Under the pieces are notes generated by a model. It did no database searches, had not been told where the DNA came from, and was given only the letters and a program-made list of their open reading frames with translations. A stretch of 64,000 nucleotides of DNA, from contig NW_024704742.1 in the NCBI RefSeq assembly GCF_018977255.1, positions 125,862,001-125,926,000 on the forward strand, given 5' to 3'. Position numbers and translations under genes: made by a program. The DNA is from Callorhinchus milii. Lineage: Eukaryota. Of the stretch, positions 1 to 11,019 are shown piece by piece. Numbering within the stretch: position 1 is the stretch's first letter; each line of letters opens with the position of its first letter.

Positions 1-562
1 GCTATTTCTTAAACGAGTTCAGTGTTCTGGCGTCAGCCGCCCGTCCTGGTAACTGGTTCCAGTTGTTAATTACCCTTTGTTTAAAATACACTTCCTGGTG
101 GCTGTCTCGAAATTTCCCATTTTCCTTTCACTGTAAATGTAATTTCTCCTATTGTAGCAGAAAAGAATGTAAGTGGCAAGAAAGAAGACATATTCCACTG
201 TTTGCATCCAGTGTCAGTATGAAGCACTCCCAGGACACAGCACTGGTTGCATTTTGGGAAATGTTCCTTCTACACTGTGCCAGCCATATGCAATTTCTTT
301 AAGAATGGCCTTAACTGAGATAGTTCATTATAATTATTCCCCATACCTGCCTATATTCTAGCTTTTCAGGGATAGATTGATGATAATATTCAGGAATCAA
401 TATTCTATTTGTAAATTTTTATTAATTATGCGCTATGAACTTAAGGAACTTGGTGTCCAAATGAACTTGGTTCAGGTTCCATCAGCCTAAGATGGATATA
501 CACCTAAATTCATGAAGAGGAAGGACCATATTCTAATCCACTCAATCCTACATTCAAATAGA

Positions 563-821
563 TAATAATAATAATAATCCTTGCATTTGATATAGTGCCT
601 TATCATGGCTTGGAGGTGTCTTAAAGTGCTTCACAGGACCTTATTGTAAAGTGAATTGACTGTATATTTTGTGGGCAAAACACATAAGCCAATTGTGCAC
701 AGCAGTGTTGTGGATTGAGGGACCAAATTAATATTATTCTTTTAAAGGATTATTACCTCCGGAAAAGCGATCCGCCATTCAACTAACAAATGGGTTCCTA
801 CTTACTGCTAGGTAAACAGAG
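563..821 (-). mobile_element. tRNA-Ala-like SINE (family A), 3' part, long form
   Basis: (AAT)n tail + ccttgcatttgatatag + Deu-like gccaattgtgcacagcag; head missing. Confidence 0.8.
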
Positions 822-1196
822 TAAAATCTGGAGCAAAATTACAATTTAGCTCAATTTGCTTCCACTGTGATAGCAAAAAGGAGAGCCCAAAGGCATAGTC
901 TTATTACTTGGTAACAAGAAATAGAGAAGAGAAAGAAAGATAATGTAGAATAATTCTCTCCTAACGCCCTAGTGATTAAAGGAACTGCACATGGGGAAAC
1001 AAATTCCACCTGGGTCTACATTTCCTCTTTTTACATAACGTTTTAGAGTGTCCAGAATTTGGCAAATTGAAAAACAACAACAAATTGCTTTTATATAGTG
1101 CCTTTCATGTCAGCAGGACATCCCAAAGTGCTGGAAATTCTTAAATTTAATTTTGGTAACCGGTTATTTTTGATAAAAGCATTAATCCTGCTTCCA

Positions 1197-1265
1197 TCGC
1201 CTTGGGATGTCCTCCCGACTTGAAAGGCGCTCTATAAATGCAATCATGTTGTTGTTGTTGTTGTT
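1197..1265 (+). mobile_element. L2 LINE extreme 3' end
   Basis: gccttgggatgtcctcccgacttgaaaggcgctctataaatg + (GTT)n; ttcca repeated at 1192 and 1264 as a likely TSD. Confidence 0.75.
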
Positions 1266-1424
1266 CCAAAAAACCTCCCGAAATTTTTCTTTAATTCATA
1301 TTAGCTTTCACAAGGGAACTAAATATATATCTAATAAGGAGTAAACAACAACACCAATTTGCATTATGTAGCGCTCTTCACACGTGGCAGTGTCTCGGAA
1401 TGCTTACAGGGGTTGGGGAAAAAA

Positions 1425-1522
1425 AAGATGAATGAGACTGAAAGGACTGCTCTTTAAAAGTGCTAGCACAGAGATGATGGGCCGAATGGCATTCTGCTGT
1501 GCTGTAAATTATTATGGTTCTA
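1425..1522 (+). mobile_element. CR1-type LINE 3' end fragment
   Basis: gatgggccgaatggc...ctgtgctgtaaa...atggttctat, the typical CR1 3' UTR pattern. Confidence 0.55.
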
Positions 1523-1544
1523 TTGGCTTATAGACGAGGTGAAA

Positions 1545-1750
1545 TTTGGAGCCTGAGCGGGATAGTAGTTGCAATTGTCCTCAGTGCCACTCCACTAAGA
1601 AGGCCAAAGATCAGCCGAGATTTTTGTTCCTAATCTCTATGAATTGGCCTCTATTGTAAAGTGCACATGTGTGGACGTCATGTGAGACGTCAGGACTGAC
1701 CTTGGCTAGATGCCCTTCACGGTTGAATAGACAGCCAAACCATCACTGCC
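1545..1750 (+). mobile_element. LF-SINE-like ancient SINE fragment
   Basis: atcagccgag...ttcctaatctctat...gtgtggacgtc...gatgccc..cacggttgaatag..gcc resembles the LF-SINE body as I recall it. Confidence 0.5.
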
Positions 1751-2229
1751 AACAATTGTAATGGGCAGTAAAGACTATTTTCCCCCTAAGCAATAGCATC
1801 TTATTATTTATTCAAATGACATGACCAGATTTTTTCCCTGTTCCGCTGATTGGATTGCAGCAAGCTCAGTATGACAAGTCAAAGGAAAAGATGAGTCTAT
1901 AATTCGTTTTCGGCTTGGGGAGAGAGGGTTAAAAAGGAAAACAGGTTGATGTGAATGAAGTGCTGCCAAGGGGAGGAGTTCTTATATCTAGGGCTTACTT
2001 GATTGGTATGTACAGAGGTTGTTCAAGCTCCTCATCTCCAACTGGTGCAATCATTGTTCAATCAGTAAGCATGTGGGAGAAGGATGGGGATTATGCTCTT
2101 GTGCATTTCATGCACATCGAGAAGCTTGTCGGGAGTTCCTGGTACCTGCCATCTATCTCTTGAGAGCTCAAAGCTGCACTTGTCAGATGTCAAATGACTG
2201 ACTAGTCACTATCCTCCCTGGGAGCATGT

Positions 2230-2470
2230 AACCAAGGTCTCAAGGACTGCACAGCAGTATCCCACAAACATCCATGAAGTGAATGATTAACTTTATCTCC
2301 ACACTGTTGAGAAACTTCCTTCTCGTTTCGAAGAGTTATAGGATTTTTTAAGTCCACCTGACTGGACAAAATGCTAAACCTTGGTGTAGCATCTCGTCTG
2401 AAGAATGGTACCTCTGACAATTCAGTGCTCCTTTAGCTTTGCAGCCTAGACAAGGAGCTAAGAATTTCTG
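2230..2470 (-). mobile_element. SacSINE1-like Deu-SINE (family B) fragment
   Basis: gcacagcagtatcccacaaaca (Deu domain, reverse) and catctcgtctgaagaatggtacctctgaca. Confidence 0.65.
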
Positions 2471-3084
2471 ATGTGGGCAAGTCACCAGGAAAGCAAAAAA
2501 CAAATGTGATTAAGGCAACTTGGGCCCAATATGGACAGTTAAAACTTCCCACAATGCACAACATGTGAGGAAGATTCACATGAAATAGGATTAAACAGTG
2601 CTATAATTGCTACATAAAGTTCTGGATAACTGATGGGGAACCTCAGTTAAGTTCCTCTTAAGTAGTTGAGTTCAGTACCAGGAAATTCCACAGAATAATA
2701 AGGCAGATTGTTGATGGGCATTTCCAACATCTGTATGTGATATAATTGCAGTGTATGTGTTTTCAAATTGCGAATATGAATTTATAATTACTTTTTCTAA
2801 GACGGTTTACTTAGCCATCTGCTGCTGCTTTCACTCATAAGCTGTAATCACACTATCAGCATGTGTCAGGAATTTGGCTAAAAAAAAACATTTGTAATCT
2901 TTCAGGTGAGTCCTTGACAATGCAGATTTGTGCCCAGTATGTGGGGAACACCTCCAGTCGACCAGGTGGCAATTCCTACTCTCACAGAGACCAGGGCTGT
3001 TACATATTTCCTAATTTATTTTTCTCAGCAAGTGCATAAAGCTGGAATGGATATAAATCTCAGTATTAATGTCTAATGAAGGGT

Positions 3085-3470
3085 TGTCAGCCTGGCTCAG
3101 TTGGTAATACTGTCACCTCTGAACAACAACAACAACTTGTACAATTTGCACCTCGGAGTCAGAAGGTTGGAGTTCAAATCCCACGTTGCGACTTTGAGCT
3201 CACAGTCCAGGCTGACACTCTAATAGAATACTGAGGAGACGGCATTGCTGGAGCTGCTGCCCTGAGATGTTAAACCATGGCCCAGTCTGCCTGTTCAGAT
3301 GGACATTAAAAATCCTTTGCCATTGTTCGAAACAAGAGTTTCTCCCATTGTCCTGGGCAACATTCTCCTAGATTTAAAAAAAATGGTCATTCGCTTCATG
3401 CTGTTTGAGAGAAACTGATATGTGCATTTTGGCTGTTGTGTTTGCCATCAAATACATTGTCACTACAAAA
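3085..3470 (+). mobile_element. SacSINE1-like Deu-SINE (family B)
   Basis: tRNA-like head gtcagcctggctcagttggta...gttcaaatccc, caggctgacac, gatgttaaacc, Deu domain at 3' end; short L2-tail-like insert near 3122-3150. Confidence 0.75.
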
Positions 3471-5399
3471 TCCACAACTATTTGTGGGGCACTGCTGTGT
3501 ACAATTGACTACAGGGTTTCACCCACAAAATATAGTCAATTCACTTTACAGTAAATTCTGGGAAGCGCTCCTCTGTCATAACGAATATGTTTGCGAATTG
3601 ATATTCTATATTGTCACACCTCTAATGAGGGATAGCGATAAACACAACAACAAAAATAAACAACTTGCATTTATATAGCACCCTTCACAATAGGATAACG
3701 CTTCAGAGAGCTTCATAATGATGGGGTCGGAAAGGGAGAATTGAAAGAGGCCCAGTTGAAGAGGTAGCTTTTAAGGTAGGATTTAAAGATGGAGAAGAGG
3801 GAAGTAGGTTGTGTAGTACACATCCAATATGACACATTGAATTATAACAAGGTTGACATTGTAGGATCCTGCAGACAATTGTCACCACTGTGTACCACTG
3901 TTTCCAAGGACCAGATAAATTGGCTTGTTTCTTTCATCAGATTTCACAGCTGCACCTTTGGTCAGGAAGCTGGCTGGAAACAAGAACTTACTATGTTTTA
4001 AATCTGCAATTTAAATATTAAGGACCTCTTGTTTTAGAGCCTATAAGTATGTTGAAAGGTTAAATTTCCAGTGGCAATCAGATGATTGTTACGAGTGTTA
4101 ATTTGCTTGAAACAGTTTGCGTTTGACTCCAGATTAAGATACCTTATCTCTCAGCAAATTGTTCTGAAACCACTTTTTGGAATTAATTGGCCAGCTGACG
4201 CTTACCCAGTTAGGAGCTTATACTAAGATGTGATAGCATGATATACCAGACGAGGTGCTTACCTATCAGGAGTCAGTGACAGAACAGACACCATATCTGC
4301 ATCTGAAACACAATACAGAGAGGTACAATTACCGTCTGTCAGCTTCACATCACAGTTTTAAAGATCAAGGGATTTGTGATGTCTAGCTGATGTGGTAAAG
4401 CTGTTGGTTACCTGAACTATTCCATGTCTCCATGCTCTTCATTATCTATTTATTTACAACAACTCATTAAAATTGCAGTGAGTACAGTAAGTACAAATTG
4501 TCATGCACGGCACTTATGACAGAGGATCGATTGTGTGATTGTCATTTTGGTCAATTGGTGTTCTTCGGAAGCATTTTCAGCTGAGAAAGGAAGAGAAAGC
4601 ATAATGAAGCATTTGTTCTTTCAGTCATTGTTAACTGATTCTCATAGCTAAGATTAATTTGCTAAAACAAATAAATCCTGTTAAATGCCTTGAGGCATCC
4701 TCCTGATTTGAAAGGTACTATATCAAATGCAAATTTTTTGTATTTTTAGTCATTTACAGAAGTTGTAGTATGGGGTAAAAGTTGAAATGAGACACATTGT
4801 TGAAAATGCATCCAGTTTATTTTTTAAATGCTAAATTATGTATCTTTTATTTATCCATTTCATCTGGACCAGGTAAATGTTGTTTTCCACTTTGTTTTAG
4901 AAATGTTACAAAAAGGACAGCACTGTATTCAGTTTCTGCTGAGTCCTGCTATTCAGGATTTTCATTAGCTTGCAACTTTCACTGGTCACCAAAAGCAGGA
5001 AAAAGCCAGAGAAAAATAAATAATTGTGAGGTTCTCAAACGATGGAGCCAGTGCAACGGAATGTATTCTGAATTTTGCTCAGAAAAGGAATACAATTGCA
5101 AAGACAACACCTCCATTGATGGCTGGGAAATAATATTTAGTAGGCAAATAATGTGATGAATGTAAGTAGTCTAATCTTTTCAAATCAGTAACCAATACAG
5201 TCAGAGAAGAGCGCCAAATTAGCACTTGGCTAGTAACTAATACACAGAAGGGACTTGGAAAGCTGATCTTTATTTTACAAACAAGATGTTTGTGTGAGGC
5301 AAAAATTCACACTGATGTTCAGGAATGCTCTGTGATCTGCTCAGATTATTTAGAAGCTAGATGGTATTTTTAACTTGTGGTATCTCTTAACAGTTTTTT

Positions 5400-6660
5400 A
5401 ACAACAACATTTATATAGCACCCTTCTCACGGGTAGTATATCAGATCTCTTAACAGTGGCAGAGCCTGCCATCGAGCTGGGGAGAGGGGGGAGGTGACCG
5501 GAGGCACAGTCGAAGAGGAGTATCTTCATGTGTGATCTGAAGATAGGCGATGAGGGAGAAAGGTGGAGGGGTTGAGATAGAGAGTTCCAGAATCTCGAGA
5601 TCTAGTGTCTGAAAGCACAGCCGTTGATAGTAGAGTGGAGGGGATGGGGGATGTGCAGGAGGCCGGAGCAAGCTGAGCAAAGCGTGCAGGTAGAAGAGTA
5701 AGGAGTAAGCATGCCGGAGAGGTAGAGAGGTGCCATGGCATGAATTGATTTATACTGGAGTGTGAGGATCTTTAAATCAATTCATTTTGCAATAGCGCTC
5801 CAGCGAACCTTGGGCTGGGTGATGGGGCTGAGTTTGGTACGGATAAACATACGGATGACAGAGTTTTGAATTAATTTGATTTCATGAATGGTGGAGCTGG
5901 GGAGTACTGTAAGGAGGGCATTAGAAAAATCAAGGCAAGAGGTTCCAAATGTGTGGATAAAGATTTCAGCTGTGTCGGAAGTCCTGTAGCTCAGTGGTTA
6001 GAGCGCTCGCTTTGCAAGTGAGAGACCTGGGTTCGATTCCCGGCAGGGTAAAACCTTGGGCAAGTTTCCTTATTCCACACGTCTGATAATAATCCCTCAA
6101 AAAGAATAATAAATTGCTCACTTCAATCCACGACTGTTTGTGGGACACTGCTGTGCGCAATTGGCTGCCGCATTTCGCCCACAAATATATAGTCAATTCA
6201 CTTTACAGTCTATTCTGTGAAGTGCTTTGAGATGTCTAGAAGACGTGAAAAGCGCTATATCAAATGCAAGGATTATTATTATTATATGATAATCGGAGGT
6301 GGGCAGAGGTGGAGGAAAACAGTCCTGGTCAGGGAGCAATGTGGAGTAGGAAGGACAGGTGAGGATCCAACTTTACTTCTAGGTTGTGCAGTGTTTCTGT
6401 GAGACTGAGGGATAAGCCGGGAGGTTAAAGAGGTTGGAATCGCAGGTGAGAAGAGGTTGATGGGAGCCAAGGAGTATGGCTATCTACATTGTCAACATCC
6501 ATCTGCAGAACGTTGGCACTTATCCAGGTCTTGATATGTGACAGGCAAACAGACAGAACATCAATGTACCTGGGGTCGCAGCTGGAGGAGAAATGGATTC
6601 CGTTGTCATCCACATACATCTGGAAATTGACCTCATGTCTGTGGATGACATCGCAGAGAG
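5400..6660 (-). mobile_element. old L2 LINE fragment (RT to 3' tail) interrupted by a SINE
   Basis: (AAC)n tail at 5400; degenerate RT motif NFQMYVDD in ORF 6425..6682. Confidence 0.75.
5977..6286 (+). mobile_element. tRNA-Ala-like SINE (family A), full length, short form
   Basis: A box tagctcagtgg, B box ggttcgattcc, gggcaagtttcctta, Deu-like tgtttgtgggacactgctgtgcgcaattggctgcc, tail atcaaatgcaaggattattatt. Confidence 0.92.
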
Positions 6661-6774
6661 CAGAATCCATTTGCAGAGACAAAATGTTAATAAAAAATGT
6701 AAAATAATCAAATTATTTTATCAATATCAATAAAATATTGAAATAAATTGTAAAATAGTCACAAATAGATCAAA

Positions 6775-7025
6775 TAGGTAAGTTAGAAGAAATTTCTTCA
6801 CACAGAAAGTAGTAGGAATGTGGAACATGCTACCACAAGAAGTTGTTGAGGCAAATAGCATAGATGTATTTAAGGGAAAGCTGGATAGGTACATGAGGGA
6901 GAAAGGAATAGAAGGTTATGCTTGAAGGCTTTGTTGAGGAAGAGCAGGAGGAGGCTCATGTGGAGCATAAACACCAGCATAGATCAGTTGGACAAATGGC
7001 CTGTTTCTGTGCTGTATATTCTAAT
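6775..7025 (+). mobile_element. CR1-type LINE 3' fragment
   Basis: RRNFFTQKVVGMWNMLPQEVVEA..FKGKLDRYM reading, followed by CR1-like 3' UTR. Confidence 0.8.
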
Positions 7026-7419
7026 GTATTTTAATATAATGTAACTTGATAAAATATTAAATGTACTGGGAAATACCTTCAATAATGTTCCGGAAATTTG
7101 AGAACTCATTGCTTAGCACATTTGTTGTTTCATAAGTGCCACAATTGCACAATTAATATGAATAATAGTCTTCACCTTTGATAAAGCATGTTATACATAG
7201 AACTTGCATTTATATACTGAAGCACCTTCCATGTCAAGACAACATCTTGGAATGTTTGGCACTGCTTGCTGAGCACCCTAGCAGGGGGTGGGAGCCAAAG
7301 GGGAAGAGGAGGCAAAGATGACTGAAAGCACAGTCAAAGAGGTACATCTTGAGACCCTCCTTGAATGAGAGGGAAAGAGCCTTACAACAATGTTGAAATG
7401 TTTCAAAGCACTTTGCTGG

Positions 7420-7650
7420 ATCTACTCTAAAGGGTAGTAATTGTGAATTTGCAGGCAATGCCGCAACCATTTTGCACACAGTTTGTCCCATCAATAGCCA
7501 AGAAGTGAATCACCAATTTTCTTTGGGGGATTGTTAGCCAGGACATAGGGATAAACTCCCTTCTCTTTACAAATAATACCCTGGGATCTTTAACATTCAC
7601 CTGACCAGGCAGACAGGACCTTGTTTTAATGTCTTATCCGCAGGTTTTAA
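7420..7650 (-). mobile_element. SacSINE1-like Deu-SINE fragment
   Basis: gggatctttaacattcacctgaccaggcagacagg and reverse Deu domain. Confidence 0.65.
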
Positions 7651-7970
7651 CCACTGCAACTGCACTGCTTCCCAAGCAATCAATTTCCTTCTGTAACATA
7701 AACAGCTACTCTTTTTGTAAAACTGTTATTAGAGCAATGGGCAGACAACTTTGTTGGTCAGCCTGGTGTCTGACACGTGCAGAAACCCATCACCATGTAT
7801 CGCATCCCAAGTAACCCATCACCAAGAGTGTCAAAACCAAAATGAGAGTTGCATGCATCTCACCTATTCATGAAAATTCCAGGGATATTTAATTTGTAAT
7901 TGCACTCTCTCCCGACATTGGCTTGATTCTGACATTCTGTTGCCAAGCGTGTCAGCTTGGAGCCAGTTCT

Positions 7971-8135
7971 GATCCGAGGAGGAAAAATACTGCAGATGCT
8001 GGAAATCTGAAATAAAAACAGAAGTTGCTGGGAAGGTCACTGACCTAAAACATTAATTTACTTTCCTCTCTCCATAGATGCTGCCTGACCTGCTATGGTC
8101 CCAGCAACTTCTGTTTTTATTTCAGATCCGAGGAG
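7971..8135. mobile_element. fold-back short element with 11-bp TSD
   Basis: perfect 29-bp inverted repeat 8005-8033 / 8099-8127; gatccgaggag at 7971-7981 and 8125-8135. Confidence 0.8.
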
Positions 8136-9396
8136 ATCCGATTACCTTCACCCAAGGAGGATAGTCACCAGTTGGTAGGGTAGACAAGCCATTCCTGAGC
8201 TATCAGTTAACTCAGGAGACTCTTTTGAAAATATTTTTGTGGAAAAAGTGGCATAGCAGTTAGTTCAGGCCAATAAAATGTCTCATGGGCTTAGCTTCAG
8301 TAGTTCTGAAAAAAAATTGTGTAAACCTCTGCTTCCAATGCAAGACTGAATTAAATTCAGCACAATCTAATTTGAAGACAATGATCATAAGGCTAAGACC
8401 ATGTGAATTTGGGCCACAATTATCTTGACACGGAGGCAATGCTCAATGCAGAGAGAGTTCCCCCGTTACCCACCTGCACATGGAATGATCTGATTACTTG
8501 GAATTCTATCTGTTGACTTTCTGCTCAGTATTAATGCCCAAACTGATTTTAGATGCACACTAATACTGCCCTCAGAGAAGACTCACTTTCATCGATTAAC
8601 ATGCATCCTCGAACATTACCGCAGCTCCAGTCATGTGTTTCCACAGCCTCATATTAAAATCGGCATTGAGGTTTGTGTCCTCCTTTGCTGTCTGCTGCTG
8701 TCTGTTGTGACACCCATCACTGGGAAAGAAAAACTGGCAGAAGACAACGCAAAAGTGGTCCAGCATTCAACAACAGTACATGTTGTAATGAGTAATGCGG
8801 GGCACACTGTGCTTTCAGAAGATAATACCCTGCAGGGTTCAGATGGCACTGACAAATTGTATGAGCTTCACTCTGTAATATGATCAAGTCCTTTTGCTAT
8901 TTAAGCCAAATAAACAAAACAACAGTATTCCTTGATGAAGTGAAACACCTACTCCTGGTCCCAGGTGTTATAGAAACTGGTCTTTTGGAACTTCTATTTT
9001 CTAATGTTATTAAAGAGCAACATTCATTCTGTTTCACAGAACTCTCCTTATCTCTGGCTGCTGCCTATGAGGAAAGGGAGGTATCCATCAGGCTTCTTGC
9101 TCCCAATCATTTTACTGCTAGAAGTGATTTTGCTCAGCTGCTAACACTGTAAAAGGGGCATTAAAATAGTTTCTGGATGACATATGTACCTTCTCTAGTG
9201 ATTGCAGTGACATTCTATCGTATGCCATACCCTACATTTGTCAAAAACAGTGGCAATTCAATTAAACAAGGGTGAAATATTGTACATCAGTACTGACGGG
9301 CAGTTCATCTGTGTTCAGTGCTCTTTGCAAATATTTCTCCATCTCAAATGAGGTCTGAAATTTCACTTAGTTTAAAGCTTTAACACTATTTTTGGC

Positions 9397-10730
9397 TTAA
9401 CATTTTAGACCTTGCAGTAATATTGAAAGTTATTAAATTTGTATTGATTTAGAAGCTGTTTTTTTCAAGAACTGCGGGAAAATAATTTCCAAGTTAAGAC
9501 TGAATTTAGGAATTTTTCCCAATTCTGCACGATTTTAGATTTTAAGACAAAACAGCAATTTAAATTCTGAGATGAGTTGGAATTTTATGCCTTAGCTGTT
9601 ATCACTCAGTCTCCTCCTCAAAGAGCTGCTGATATGATCAACTAGTGCTGTAATGTAAATGGAAAAAAGTGAGAAATTCCTCCTGTTGTTAAATGGAGTG
9701 ATATTGGCAAAGGTTCTACAATACTTCTATTTTCAACATCCAGTTTGAGAACCTCCAAATTTGTAGCCGTCAAACAGTAAATCCTCAAACTGTCCAAAAC
9801 AAAAGAGCAAAACATTTCTGACCATCATTTTAACTCAACGGCATTTTTTGGACTTTGCTGGCCTGGGATTTGCCACAAATCTGAAGTTCGCAAACTGGAA
9901 ATCACAATTAACATAACTAATCCAGTTTGAGAAAATTCCCAAATATTTAAAAATGCCAACTTTATTGTCTTCCCATGACAGAATCCAGTTGTTTCATGAA
10001 ACAAAATGCCAATGCCTTAGCCACTTTTCCTGACAACATTGTTTCTGCTTCTGTTAATACTCTGTGAAAAGAAATACTTCCTAGTAGCTGTCCTATGCTT
10101 GCCTTTAAGAACTCTGAGCCTATGCCCCCTTGTCTTTCTGTTTTGCAATATTCAAAAGTATTATTCTTAATATATAATAATCCTTGCATTTTTGATGTAG
10201 TATCTACAACAATAAAAATGCCTCAAAGAGCTACAAAGGAAATTGCTGTCAAGTGTAGTGAATGTATATTGCTGGGCAAACAAAGCAGTCAATTTGCACA
10301 TTGCAATGCCCCACAAACAGCCATGATGTGGAGCATGTGTTTATCTGGAGGAACTTTGACCATGATTCCAGGTGGAACGTCTTTCTATATTGAGATGAGA
10401 TGTACAAATAAGACCACTTGCATTGTATTTCTAAGATTGTACAAAATTTCAGGAAATTCTTGTCTTAACTTGGAAGCCAATCCTTATTTAGAAATTAAGA
10501 ATTGAGCCTTTTTCATAATTCTGCATCACCTTAAATTTCAAGATGAAATAAGGTGTCTTAGATTGTAGGACCATTTTTTTTCGTAGAATTTAAGGTTGCA
10601 CAGAATTGTGGAAAAACCTTAAATCCAGTGTTATTCAGAGATTGTTTTTCTGCAATTCTTAAGCTAAAGTCTTCCAGTTTCAAACTGAATCTAAGAAATT
10701 GCCACAATTCTGCGTGATCTGAAATGTTAA
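9397..10730. repeat. degenerate long inverted repeats (possible old MITE/DNA transposon)
   Basis: about 9397-9545 resembles the reverse complement of about 10585-10730; related copy at 30668-30810. Confidence 0.5.
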
Positions 10731-10952
10731 TGCAAGACAGTTAAGACTAATTGGGATTTTGGGCTTCTCTGATTTCTGGTTATATTAAAGAGGTTGATGT
10801 GTTTGTAGAGCATTTGGTAGTATAGACTGCCAACTCTTTAGGGTGTCAAATTGTTTAAGTCACGTATGTAAGGAACCTTATTAATTTGGCTTGGGGTAAT
10901 GGAGCTTCTTTTCCTGGTGACCATGGCTTTTGCCCTCTTCTGTGTATTAGTT

Positions 10953-11019
10953 GAGCGCTTTGGGACGTCCCCCGATGTGAAAGGCACTCTATAAATGTAA
11001 TTTTGTTGTTGTGTTGTTG
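10953..11019 (+). mobile_element. L2 extreme 3' end with TSD
   Basis: gcgctttgggacgtcccccgatgtgaaaggc...(GTT)n; tagtt at 10948 and 11020. Confidence 0.75.

Noticed and set aside
4797..5156. 119-aa ORF in unique sequence
   Set aside because: No recognisable domain, non-ATG start, length within chance expectation
5980..6050. Functional tRNA-Ala(TGC) gene
   Set aside because: It is the head of a multi-copy SINE, runs on into the SINE body, and lacks the 1:72 pair and G3:U70
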